A stretch of DNA of 64,000 bases from Vicingaceae bacterium (GTDB lineage Bacteria; Bacteroidota; Bacteroidia; Flavobacteriales_E; Vicingaceae). Each line of letters begins with the position of its first letter. Positions within the stretch are counted from its first letter, which is position 1. This document shows, in pieces, positions 9,630 to 19,463 of this stretch. The position numbers and the translations under genes were made by a program. The notes below the pieces were generated by a model. That model saw nothing but the letters and a program-made list of their open reading frames with translations. It searched no databases and was not told the DNA's origin. The stretch covers positions 3,526 through 67,525 of the forward strand of contig JBBKXK010000014.1 of assembly GCA_037969435.1 (NCBI GenBank), read 5' to 3'.

Positions 9630-11053
9630 TGAATAGAAGAACCAAAATAGTAGCCACAATTGGCCCAGCAACATCATCAAAAGAAATGCTAAAAAAAATA
9701 ATTTTAGCAGGTGTTAATGTATGCAGAATTAACTGTTCTCATGGTGCACATGAGGACCACGAACAAGTAATTAATTACATTCGAGAAATTAACCAAGAAG
9801 AAGGTTTGTTTACAGCTATTTTAGCTGATTTACAAGGCCCCAAAATTAGAGTTGGTAAAATCGAAAATGATAGTATTGATGTAAAAAATGGTGATGAAAT
9901 AACATTTACCTCAACCAAATGTGTTGGAACAAAAGAAAAAATTTACATCAGTTATCAAGGATTTCCAAAAGATGTATCACCAGGAGAGTCCATTTTATTA
10001 GATGACGGAAAATTAAACTTTACCATTAAAAGTACCAATGGAGTAGATGAGGTTGTTGCCATTGTAAAACATGGTGGAATTTTATCTTCAAATAAAGGTG
10101 TCAATTTACCCAACACTAAAATTTCTTTACCTTGTTTAACCGAAAAAGATTTAATCGACTTAGATTTTGCTTTACGAATGAATGTTTCATGGATAGGCTT
10201 ATCATTTGTAAGAAATGCCAGTGATATTATTGAGTTAAAAGAAATAATTGCCAAAGCAAATAAGAAGGCAAAAGTAGTAGCCAAAATTGAAAAACCTGAA
10301 GCAATTTTAGATATCGATAACATTATAATTGCGACAGATGCAATAATGGTTGCTCGTGGCGATTTAGGGGTAGAAATTCCTTTCCATCAAGTACCATTAA
10401 CCCAAAAAATGTTGGTTAAAAAAAGTATGAAAGCAGCCAAACCTGTTATTATTGCTACCCAAATGATGGAAAGCATGATTGATAATATAACACCAACACG
10501 TGCTGAGGTTAATGATGTTGCCAATGCAGTTTTAGATGGTGCAGATGCAGTAATGTTAAGCGGAGAAACATCTGTAGGGAAATTTCCTGTAAATGTAATT
10601 GAAGCGATGAGCAGTATTATTACAGATGTAGAGACAGATGATAGTCTTTATCATTACGAATACGCTCCAGACATTGACAATGAAGATAGATTTATTACTG
10701 ATAATATCTGTTTTAACTCTTGTAGGCTTGCACAAAGGGTCGATGCTAAAGGGATCGTAACCATGACTTTTTCTGGTTACACTGGTTTTAAAATAGCGAG
10801 TTTTAGACCAAAAGCAGGTATTTACGTATTTACAGGAAACCAAGAAATACTAAACATGTTAAGCTTAGTATGGGGTGTGAATGTTTTTTATTACAATAAA
10901 TTTGTAAGTACTGATGATACCATTACTGATATAAAAGCTATTTTAAAAGAAAAAAATGAAGTAAAAACCAATGACTTGGTAATTAATATTGCGAGTATGC
11001 CTATTTCAGATAAAGGCCAATCGAACATGATGAAATTAAGTACAATAGAATAA
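9629..11053 (+). CDS. pyk: Pyruvate kinase
   Basis: 'RRTKIVATIGPA', 'NCSHG', 'LQGPKIR', 'MVARGDLGVEIP', 'ATQMMESM', 'MLSGETSVGKFP'. Confidence 0.95.
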   Translation: MNRRTKIVATIGPATSSKEMLKKIILAGVNVCRINCSHGAHEDHEQVINYIREINQEEGLFTAILADLQGPKIRVGKIENDSIDVKNGDEITFTSTKCVGTKEKIYISYQGFPKDVSPGESILLDDGKLNFTIKSTNGVDEVVAIVKHGGILSSNKGVNLPNTKISLPCLTEKDLIDLDFALRMNVSWIGLSFVRNASDIIELKEIIAKANKKAKVVAKIEKPEAILDIDNIIIATDAIMVARGDLGVEIPFHQVPLTQKMLVKKSMKAAKPVIIATQMMESMIDNITPTRAEVNDVANAVLDGADAVMLSGETSVGKFPVNVIEAMSSIITDVETDDSLYHYEYAPDIDNEDRFITDNICFNSCRLAQRVDAKGIVTMTFSGYTGFKIASFRPKAGIYVFTGNQEILNMLSLVWGVNVFYYNKFVSTDDTITDIKAILKEKNEVKTNDLVINIASMPISDKGQSNMMKLSTIE

Positions 11054-11070
11054 TTAAAAAACGAAGACGA

Positions 11071-12120
11071 ATGCCAATAAATGTAGAATTATTAAAAGAG
11101 ATTGCTGAAGTTGCTGGAGCTCCAGGACACGAACAAAGAATTAGAGAGTTAGTATTAAGAGAAATTAAACCTTTAGTTGATGAAATTACCGTTGATAATA
11201 TGGGTAATGTTTATGCGATAAAAAAAGGTAAAAACGAAAAAAGAGTAATGGTTGGGGCTCACATGGATGAGATTGGCTTTATTGTTACACACGTTGATGA
11301 AAATGGTTTTGTCCGATTTCATACTTTAGGAGGTTTTGACCCTAAAACTTTAACGGCTCAGCGAGTAATTATACATGGTAAAAAAGATGTGATTGGTGTA
11401 ATGGGTTCTAAACCTATACACGTTATGAGTACTGAAGAAAGAGCTAAACTGCCAAAAACTACCGATTATTTTATTGACCTTGGAATGAAAAAAGAAGAGG
11501 TAGACAAAATAGTTACTATTGGCAACCCTATTACGAGAGAAAGAGGTTTAATAGAAATGGGTAATTGTGTTAACTGTAAATCGTTAGATAATAGATTAGC
11601 CGTTTTTATTTTAATAGAGACCCTTAGAATTTTAAAGAATAAAGAAGTGCCATACGATATTTATGGCGTTTTTACCGTGCAGGAAGAAGTTGGTGTTAGA
11701 GGTGCTAATGTAGCGGCTTTAGAAATTAAACCTCATTTTGGTTTTGGATTAGACACTACCATTGCTTTTGATGTGCCAGGAGCTAAACCCGAAGAAATGG
11801 TTACTAAATTAGGAGATGGTACTGCTATTAAAATTATGGATAGCTCTACTATTTGTGATTACCGTATGATTAAATACATGGAAGAAGTTGCCGAAAGAAA
11901 CAACATTAAAACACAAAAAGAAATTTTAACTGCTGGCGGAACTGATACTGCCGGAATACAACGTATGAATCCAGGAGGAGCTATTGCTGGAGCTATTTCT
12001 ATACCAACAAGACATATCCACCAATCTATTGAAATGGCTGATAAGGATGACATTAGAGGAAGTATAGATTTACTAACTGCCTGTTTATCGGAATTGGATA
12101 AAGGGAATTGGGCTTTTTAA
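11071..12120 (+). CDS. M42-family metallopeptidase (FrvX/glutamyl aminopeptidase-like)
   Basis: 'APGHEQRIRE', 'GAHMDEIGF', 'DNRLAV', 'VQEEVGVRGA', and the length match the M42 pattern. Confidence 0.85.
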   Translation: MPINVELLKEIAEVAGAPGHEQRIRELVLREIKPLVDEITVDNMGNVYAIKKGKNEKRVMVGAHMDEIGFIVTHVDENGFVRFHTLGGFDPKTLTAQRVIIHGKKDVIGVMGSKPIHVMSTEERAKLPKTTDYFIDLGMKKEEVDKIVTIGNPITRERGLIEMGNCVNCKSLDNRLAVFILIETLRILKNKEVPYDIYGVFTVQEEVGVRGANVAALEIKPHFGFGLDTTIAFDVPGAKPEEMVTKLGDGTAIKIMDSSTICDYRMIKYMEEVAERNNIKTQKEILTAGGTDTAGIQRMNPGGAIAGAISIPTRHIHQSIEMADKDDIRGSIDLLTACLSELDKGNWAF

Positions 12121-12140
12121 TTTAAAATGAAATTTGTTAG

Positions 12141-12169
12141 ATAAACCCTTCTATAATAGAAGGGTTTAT
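12141..12169. terminator. 12-bp perfect hairpin between convergent transcription units
   Basis: ataaacccttct (12141-12152) / agaagggtttat (12158-12169), 5-nt loop. Lies 21 nt after the M42 stop and 31 nt after the small minus-strand ORF. Confidence 0.6.
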
Positions 12170-12199
12170 CTTTAATTACAATATGTTTTTACTGGACCA

Positions 12200-12319
12200 T
12201 CAATAGAGGTAAAACTTTTCCCATTGTTCAGGCTCAGTTATTGGTGTTGGCATTTCCTCTTCTTTTTTTGAACAACTAAAAGCATGTATAACAAGAAATA
12301 ATATGATTAACCTTTTCAT
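12200..12319 (-). CDS. Candidate 39-aa lipoprotein (below ORF-track cutoff)
   Basis: My translation is MKRLIILFLVIHAFSCSKKEEEMPTPITEPEQWEKFYLY*. Lipobox-like 'AFSC'. Same strand as the cyclase gene, 72 nt downstream of it and upstream of the 12141-12169 hairpin. Confidence 0.4.
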   Translation of the reverse strand: MKRLIILFLVIHAFSCSKKEEEMPTPITEPEQWEKFYLY

Positions 12320-12391
12320 TATTTTTTAGCTTAAATAACTTTTATCAAAATACGGGAATTTTTTTTTCGAAGTTTCAAATAAGATGTATTA

Positions 12392-15300
12392 CTAGTACCC
12401 TTTCAATCTTTCCTTGATTTCGTTTAATCGGGCTATCTTGTTTTCTCTCCTTAAACTAATTGCCGTTTCAGTAAAATAGGTATGTGCTTCTAAAAATTTA
12501 ATTTGGAGTTCGTCCCATTGTTGATCTGTTTGCACCATGTCACGTTCCATTAATTCTCGTTTCAACTTATCTGCAATTAAATGAAACTCATCACCACCCA
12601 AATAATCTAAATCAGCATCACAAATTATTTGCTCTAAATGGTTCGTTGGTTTTTGAGGTACTTTTGTAGCTTGTATCAAGCTACAAATTTTATCTATTTG
12701 ATCTTCTGTATATCCAAACCTTGGTAATACTTCTCTAGCTAACGCTGCTCCAATGTCTTCGTTTTTGGAGTATTGATGTACAAAACCAGCATCATGGTAT
12801 AGCGCAGCTGTTTTTAATAAGAAGATATCATCACCTTCAATTCCTTCCATTAAAGCTAAACGCTCAACTGCCGCACAAACATCAGTAGTGTGTCTTAAAT
12901 CGTGATAATGTAGATTAGTAGGTAATTCCTTTTTTAATCGTTTTACGATGTATTTTTCTGCCTTACGGTAATTTATTCCACTATAAATATGTAAATCAAC
13001 ATACTTTCTAAATAGTTTGTTTGGTTTAATTCCTTCCCCTTTTTGCGATAACTCTGGTTTAATGGAATGGACAAAGTACATATCAATGTTCCCTTTGTTT
13101 TTTGCTTTTATTTTTCCGCGATACTCACAAGTAAAAAACTCTTTAACTAATTCATAAGTTGTTCCTGATATATTTACTTTACCAACATCTCCAGCAGCTT
13201 CAATTCTACTTGCAATGTTTACACTATCTCCCCAAATATCGTAAGCAAATCTTTTTATCCCAACAACCCCTGCAATCACACTCCCCGTATGTATTCCTAT
13301 TCTTAAGCCCCATCCTGTTTTTCCTTCTTGTCCTTTTAGTTTATGATAATGTGTCATAAATCGCTGAATTTCTAATCCAGCCAAAACAATATCAATCGGG
13401 TTACTTTTATTTCTAAGTGGAATTCCCCCTGCACACATATAGGCATCTCCAATAGTTTTAATTTTTTCTATATCGTGTTTTTCAATAATCTCATCAAACT
13501 TTATAAAGTAATTATCTAACTCAGCCACTAATTCTTGTGGATCAATGGTTTCTGCGATTTTGGTAAAACTTTTAAAATCGGTAAACATAATAGATGTCAT
13601 TCTATACTGACGCGCTGTTGCTTTTCCTTTAGATTTTAATTCCTCTGCTGTTTCATAAGGCAATATGTTTAACAGCAATTTTTCTGCTTTTTCTTTTTCA
13701 ACTTCTAATAATTCTTTTTGTTTAATCACCTCATAAGTTCTTTCCCTAACCTGTACCTCTAATAATTCTTTTTGTGATTGTACTTGGTTAATTCTATACC
13801 TAATTATTCCATAAATCATTAATAAAGGAATAAAAATGTAAAAAATGATAATAAACCATAAAGTTCGCCAAAAAGGAGGTTCTACTATTACTCTAATTTG
13901 AGCCACATCATCACTCCAAATACCATCGCTATTGGAAACTTTTACTTTAAAAACATATTCTCCCGGATCGAGATTAGTGTAATTTGCTCTTCTACTATTA
14001 CCGATATCTACCCAATCCTCATTAAAATTTTCGAGCATATATTTATGCTGATTTTTTAATGGGTATGAATAATGCAAAGCGGCAAACTCAAAAGAAATAA
14101 CATTTTGTTTGTGCTTTAATACAATCTCATCAGATTCTGAAATGTGTTTTTTTAACACTTCATTCTCACCAATTTTTACAGGTTTATTAAATAAATAAAA
14201 GTTAGTTATTAATGGTTTTGGTTTCGATTTATTAATATGGATATCTTCAGGATAAAAAGCATTAAACCCATTGATCCCACCAAAAAACAACTGCCCTGAT
14301 TCGCTTTTGTAATAAGCTCCATTATTAAATTCATTACTTTGAAGTCCATCACTTTCTTCGAAAATTCTAAACTGCTTTATCCTTTTTATAAATTGAGAAA
14401 TCCCTTTGTTTGTGCTCATCCAAAGGTTCCCCTCTTTATCTTCTTCTATACCATAAACAACATTGTTTGATAAACCATCTTTTTCGGTATACCTCCCAAA
14501 TTTTTCAGTTTTAGGATTAAAGGTATTTAACCCTCCTCCGAAAGTTCCCAACCATAAAATACCTTTTTTATCTTCAAAAATTGATAATACTGTGTTGTTA
14601 CTAATGGAGTTAATATTCTCTTGATTTTTTGAATAGACTTTAAATGTAATTTTTCCTTTTGTTTCTATTACTTTACAAAGACCCCCTCCATCAGTACCAA
14701 CCCATATTTGTCCACTTTTACTTTGAGCCATTGACCTTATTATATCACTTGATAATGCTCCTGCAGTATCTGAATTTGTAATAGTTTTAAAACTACGCCT
14801 ATCTTCAGATACAATTACTAATCCTTCTTTTGTACCTAACCATAACCTATTTTTTTTATCCTCTAAAATAACATAGGTTCTGTATTTATTTTGTTTGTTC
14901 TCACTTCCTCCTAAAGGTAATAACTTAGTATCTTCCAAAACATAAACACCCCCATCAGTACCAACCAAAATTTTATTATTATGGTCTTTATAGATAGACA
15001 TGATATTATTCGTCTTTTGCCAATTTTTAATTACTAATTCTGGTATTACATGTTTAACTTTTCCGGAGGATTTATCAAAAATATTTAACCCCTTATCAGT
15101 CCCTACTAAAATAGAAGATGTTTTGCTGTCTTGAAAAATTGACCAAACCATGTTGCTAATAATAGAATTAGTAATGTTTGTCCAATGTTGATAATGCTGA
15201 AAATATTGTTTTTGTTTGTCAAACTTATCAACTCCTGATTGGGTTCCTATCCAAATAATACCTGAATTATCTTCATATATTGTATTAACTTTATTACTAC

Positions 15301-16219
15301 TTAAACTAGTGGATACATTGGCACTATATAAATAATGATCTATGCTAGAAAATGTTTTTAGCTTAAATAATCCTTTCGACTCTGTTCCTACCCAAATTAT
15401 TCCTGATTTATCTTCATAAACACATTTTATAGCATCAGTCCCTATCGATAAGTCTAACTTATGGTTAGAGCTTACCCTGTTAGTAGTTAGGTCATAAAAA
15501 TTAATTCCATTATTTGTAGATACCCATATTGTCCCTTCAGAATCTTGAGTAATATCCCACACCATATTACTTTTTAACAAACTATTATCCTGATAAAACT
15601 GCTCAGTTTCTTCAGTTTCAATATTATACCTAATTATTCCATTACCTTCTGTCGCAATTAATAAGTCTCCTTGTTTTTTTAAATACAATAATTTTCTAAC
15701 TCTTAATTTTTTTATATCAGTACTAAGTAAAAGGGTTATTTTACTAGATTTATGTGTTTTTTTATCAATTTTAATTACTCCTTTTTCTGTGCCAACTAAT
15801 ATATATTTATCCGATTCGGTAATTGCCCAAACATTTTGTTTTTGCTTTATACTATTTTTTGAAGATAATATAGACTTAAACTCAAAAGTGTTCTTGTTAA
15901 AAATGTTTAGTCCGTTTTCAGTGCCTAACCAAATAACACTATCACTTGATTCAAAAATTGTGTGAATAAAATTGTTGGATATAGAAGTGGTGTCTATTAA
16001 ATCATGTGAAAATACCTGAAAATCAAACCCATTATAAAGGTTTAGTCCATCTTGTGTTCCAAACCACATTAGCCCTTTAGAATCTTGATGGATAGAAACT
16101 ACATCACTCTGTGAAAGCCCATCTTTTATCGTAAGGTGCCTGAATTTAATATTACTTTGTTGGGCCATCCCAAAAAAAGCAATGTGTAAAGCGAGAAAAA
16201 GAACAATAATATTTTTCAC
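12392..16219 (-). CDS. Sensor protein: periplasmic two-component-regulator beta-propeller repeats + Y_Y_Y-like domain + TM + coiled coil + class III adenylate/guanylate cyclase + HD domain
   Basis: About 14 repeats of the 'W(I/V)GT..G(L/I)' type. TM 'LWFIIIFYIFIPLLMIYGII'. Cyclase motifs 'IMFTDFKSFT', 'IKTIGDAYMCAGG', 'IGIHTGSVIAGVVG', 'YDIWGDSVNIASRIE'. HD motifs 'HDLRHTTDV', 'ALYHDAGF', 'DADLDYLG'. GTG start 4 nt after the upstream stop. Confidence 0.9.
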   Translation of the reverse strand: MKNIIVLFLALHIAFFGMAQQSNIKFRHLTIKDGLSQSDVVSIHQDSKGLMWFGTQDGLNLYNGFDFQVFSHDLIDTTSISNNFIHTIFESSDSVIWLGTENGLNIFNKNTFEFKSILSSKNSIKQKQNVWAITESDKYILVGTEKGVIKIDKKTHKSSKITLLLSTDIKKLRVRKLLYLKKQGDLLIATEGNGIIRYNIETEETEQFYQDNSLLKSNMVWDITQDSEGTIWVSTNNGINFYDLTTNRVSSNHKLDLSIGTDAIKCVYEDKSGIIWVGTESKGLFKLKTFSSIDHYLYSANVSTSLSSNKVNTIYEDNSGIIWIGTQSGVDKFDKQKQYFQHYQHWTNITNSIISNMVWSIFQDSKTSSILVGTDKGLNIFDKSSGKVKHVIPELVIKNWQKTNNIMSIYKDHNNKILVGTDGGVYVLEDTKLLPLGGSENKQNKYRTYVILEDKKNRLWLGTKEGLVIVSEDRRSFKTITNSDTAGALSSDIIRSMAQSKSGQIWVGTDGGGLCKVIETKGKITFKVYSKNQENINSISNNTVLSIFEDKKGILWLGTFGGGLNTFNPKTEKFGRYTEKDGLSNNVVYGIEEDKEGNLWMSTNKGISQFIKRIKQFRIFEESDGLQSNEFNNGAYYKSESGQLFFGGINGFNAFYPEDIHINKSKPKPLITNFYLFNKPVKIGENEVLKKHISESDEIVLKHKQNVISFEFAALHYSYPLKNQHKYMLENFNEDWVDIGNSRRANYTNLDPGEYVFKVKVSNSDGIWSDDVAQIRVIVEPPFWRTLWFIIIFYIFIPLLMIYGIIRYRINQVQSQKELLEVQVRERTYEVIKQKELLEVEKEKAEKLLLNILPYETAEELKSKGKATARQYRMTSIMFTDFKSFTKIAETIDPQELVAELDNYFIKFDEIIEKHDIEKIKTIGDAYMCAGGIPLRNKSNPIDIVLAGLEIQRFMTHYHKLKGQEGKTGWGLRIGIHTGSVIAGVVGIKRFAYDIWGDSVNIASRIEAAGDVGKVNISGTTYELVKEFFTCEYRGKIKAKNKGNIDMYFVHSIKPELSQKGEGIKPNKLFRKYVDLHIYSGINYRKAEKYIVKRLKKELPTNLHYHDLRHTTDVCAAVERLALMEGIEGDDIFLLKTAALYHDAGFVHQYSKNEDIGAALAREVLPRFGYTEDQIDKICSLIQATKVPQKPTNHLEQIICDADLDYLGGDEFHLIADKLKRELMERDMVQTDQQWDELQIKFLEAHTYFTETAISLRRENKIARLNEIKERLKGY

Positions 16220-16223
16220 TAAC

Positions 16224-18527
16224 CTACTTTAATTTAATAACCTTAAACTCTGTCCTTCTGTTTTTTGCTCTTCCGTCTGGGTTATCTTTACCATTTGGTA
16301 ATTCGTTAGGCGCAACTGGTTGAGTTTCTCCATAACCTTTTGCTATGATTTTTGATTTATCTATACCCTTTGACACAACATAATCAACAGCCTTATCAGC
16401 TCTTTTTTGCGACAACTCCATATTAAACTTATCACTTCCTTTAGAATCTGTATGAGAACTTAACTCAACCCCTATATCTTTATTTTTCTTTAAGATTAAA
16501 ACCAATTTATTTAACTCTAATCCTGCTGATTCATTAATTGCATCAGAATCATAATCATATAAAATTTTTGAAATCACAAAATTTTCATTTTCTGCAATTT
16601 TAATTACCTCATCAATTTCATTAATTAAGGTAATAACATTTTTATCAGATGCCAATCGAATGTATCTATATTTACCATCTATTAATCTTTTTGCAGCTTC
16701 TATTACTTTCCCATTTTCATCAACAATAATCATGTTTAAAGTTTCGTCATCCTCAGCAAGCATAAATAAATATTCTTCATCAGGTGATAGTTTATCAAAT
16801 TTAAATTTACCATCTTTATCTGCCTTTGCTTTACCAATAATTTTACCTTCATCATCTACCACCCAAACTTCCATTCCTCCTGAGTAATCTCCTGGTAATT
16901 TTTGATAAATTTGACCAAAAACACTAATAGTAAATAAACTTTCATCCTCTTCTTTTAACATTTCTAATCCATCATAATACGAATATGGTAAGGCTTGAAA
17001 CTTAAACTTACCTTTCCCCATTTTGTTGGCTAATAATACCTTTTGCCCTTTAGAGTTTGTTAAAAATAGTTTCGCATTCTCCAAAAAACTATCATCTGTA
17101 GCATCTAATGCTAATAAATAATTAGCGTCTAAATCCAATTTATCAAATTTAAACTTACCTAGTTCATCTGTTTTAAAAGATTTAAGCACATTATCATTTT
17201 CATCTAACAAATTAATTGTTGCTCCAGAAACACCTAATTTTTCATATTCTAAAAGCCCGGTAATTTCAGTTTTTGGAGTTAAACTATGCCATTTAAAACT
17301 ATAGATATCATCACTTCCAACTCCACCTTCTCTATCTGATGAAAAATATCCATTTTCATCATCTCTATAAAAAATACCAAAATCATCTTTGGATGAATTT
17401 AAAGGTGTTTTTAAATTTTCTGGTTTCGTCCATTTATTACTTTCTTTAACTTCAAAAACATCTAATCCCCCATATCCAGAAAGGCCGTTAGACGAAAAAT
17501 ATAAAATTCCTTTCCTAAAATATGGGAAAACTTCATCCTCAGGGGTGTTTACTTCTTTACCCAAATTAACTGGCTTGCCCCAACTTTCTCCCTCCTTATT
17601 AGAAACATAAATATCCATTCCTCCCTGTCCTCCAGGCATGTCAGAAGCAAAAAATAATTTTTTTCCATCTTCAGATATCCAAGGATGGGCTACAGAATAT
17701 TCTTGGCTATTATATGGAAATGGAGTAATATTCTTCCACTTATTACCATCTAATGTTGCAACATAAATTTTTAGTTTATTAGTGAAATTTTTACCCAACT
17801 CTTTTTTATCTACCCGGGTAAAATAAATGGTTTTTTTATCCGCAGATATTGAAACAGGTCCATCATGATAAATAGAGTTTAATTGATTAGAGAAACGTTT
17901 CGCTTTTTCATACTGCTTATCTTCTTTAGCATAAAAAATAGAAAGATAGGGCTTATTAGACATCCCATAATTATTCTCATTTACTAAATCTAAACCTCTT
18001 TCCGATACAAAAACTAACCCATCTTCATAAACCAACGGACAAAAATCAGAGTTTTTAGAGTTAATATTTTCAACTATAGTTACTTCAAAAGCTTTTTCTT
18101 CTGACTCCCACTCTTTAATATCTGCACAGGATTGTACCATAAGCTTTCCTATAAAACTAGTTGGATTTTTAGCTACAAATTTTTCAAACTGAACTTTTGC
18201 TTCTTTTACTTTATTATTATTTTTTAAAGTTTGTCCGTAATATAAATAATTGGTGCTTTCTTCAGGACTTATTTCAACTGCCTTAGCAAAATATGTTTCA
18301 GCACTTTGGTAATCTTTAATTTTACGGTAAGAGAGTGCAATTTTTTGATTAGCTTCTTTGTTGTTGGTTTCTTTTTTTAATACTTTTTGATAATATGTTA
18401 TCGCATCAATATATTTACCCTCTTCAAAATATTTATTTGCCTTATTTAATTGGGCAAAAGAAATTTGAACAACTCCAACTATAATAGCAAATGTTAACCC
18501 TATCTTTTTTATAATGTATTTCGTCAT
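16224..18527 (-). CDS. TPR + PD40/TolB-like beta-propeller + OmpA C-terminal peptidoglycan-binding protein
   Basis: N-terminal TPR units ('YFEEGKYIDAITYYQKVL'). PD40-like 'ISADKKTIYFTR' and 'ISEDGKKLFFASD'. OmpA_C 'ILYDYDSDAI...ELSSHTDSKGS...NMELSQKRADKAVDY...GYGETQP...NRRTEFKVI'. Confidence 0.85.
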   Translation of the reverse strand: MTKYIIKKIGLTFAIIVGVVQISFAQLNKANKYFEEGKYIDAITYYQKVLKKETNNKEANQKIALSYRKIKDYQSAETYFAKAVEISPEESTNYLYYGQTLKNNNKVKEAKVQFEKFVAKNPTSFIGKLMVQSCADIKEWESEEKAFEVTIVENINSKNSDFCPLVYEDGLVFVSERGLDLVNENNYGMSNKPYLSIFYAKEDKQYEKAKRFSNQLNSIYHDGPVSISADKKTIYFTRVDKKELGKNFTNKLKIYVATLDGNKWKNITPFPYNSQEYSVAHPWISEDGKKLFFASDMPGGQGGMDIYVSNKEGESWGKPVNLGKEVNTPEDEVFPYFRKGILYFSSNGLSGYGGLDVFEVKESNKWTKPENLKTPLNSSKDDFGIFYRDDENGYFSSDREGGVGSDDIYSFKWHSLTPKTEITGLLEYEKLGVSGATINLLDENDNVLKSFKTDELGKFKFDKLDLDANYLLALDATDDSFLENAKLFLTNSKGQKVLLANKMGKGKFKFQALPYSYYDGLEMLKEEDESLFTISVFGQIYQKLPGDYSGGMEVWVVDDEGKIIGKAKADKDGKFKFDKLSPDEEYLFMLAEDDETLNMIIVDENGKVIEAAKRLIDGKYRYIRLASDKNVITLINEIDEVIKIAENENFVISKILYDYDSDAINESAGLELNKLVLILKKNKDIGVELSSHTDSKGSDKFNMELSQKRADKAVDYVVSKGIDKSKIIAKGYGETQPVAPNELPNGKDNPDGRAKNRRTEFKVIKLK

Positions 18528-18533
18528 TCCTTA

Positions 18534-19451
18534 TTAAAAATATCTTGGTGAAATTACTTTAGATTTAAATAACCCTATGTCATATCCTAAAAATATTTCA
18601 AAAGAGCCCGAGGTAGAACTTGCAACATCACTATTATCAAAATCATATGCTGCCCCCATTCTTAAATTTTTTGTTAGATTTATTTCAGTTAATAACACTA
18701 AGGCATCTGTTGATCTTAATGTTAATCCAAATAAGATTTTATTCTTTATTAATATACTCCCATTAATATCAAGATTTCCTGCTGCTTTTGATCCTCTTAC
18801 TAACATAGATGTTTTAAGCACTAAGTTATCATTAAGAACAAATGCTTTACCTAATGTAAATGTTCCATGCACGGCTGTGTGAGCTGAAGATGTAACGCTA
18901 TCTTGCGTAGATAGTAAATTGAATTTTGATCTGTTTAAATGATCGAAAGCAAGCCCTGTATAAAAAGTATTAGTGTTATAATAAATACCAAAGTCGAAGT
19001 TCGGCCGCATAAAACTTTCTGGAGCTGTATTAGGTATCTCATCTTCTTGATCAATGTACTCAATTTTTTGCCAATCGTAATTAAAATTTTGAAGTCCTGC
19101 CCTTAATCCAAAAGCTAGTTTACCCGCCCCAAGCTTTATACGATATGCGTAAGAAGCAGATAAATGTTGAGTAGTTCTTGGTCCTATTTTATCATTAATT
19201 ATTTGCAAACCAATACCCATATTTTTATTTTTTAATGGGGTATTTATAGCTAAAGCTTGAGTTTCTGGAGCTCCTTCTAAACCTACCCATTGACTTCGAT
19301 GTATCAAAACTCCACTTAATACTTCTCGGCTACCTGCATAAGCTGGGTTAACAACCAATGGGTTAAACATATACAAACTATATTGAGGATCTTGCTGAGC
19401 AAAACTCTCTATAGAAATCAGTACTGTAATTATTAATATTAGTTTTTTCAT
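18534..19451 (-). CDS. PorP/SprF-family type IX secretion membrane protein
   Basis: Signal peptide, then 'QQDPQYSLYMFNPLVVNPAYAGS'. Ends '...SPRYF'. Confidence 0.9.
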   Translation of the reverse strand: MKKLILIITVLISIESFAQQDPQYSLYMFNPLVVNPAYAGSREVLSGVLIHRSQWVGLEGAPETQALAINTPLKNKNMGIGLQIINDKIGPRTTQHLSASYAYRIKLGAGKLAFGLRAGLQNFNYDWQKIEYIDQEDEIPNTAPESFMRPNFDFGIYYNTNTFYTGLAFDHLNRSKFNLLSTQDSVTSSAHTAVHGTFTLGKAFVLNDNLVLKTSMLVRGSKAAGNLDINGSILIKNKILFGLTLRSTDALVLLTEINLTKNLRMGAAYDFDNSDVASSTSGSFEIFLGYDIGLFKSKVISPRYF

Positions 19452-19463
19452 TTTTTTAAGTTC

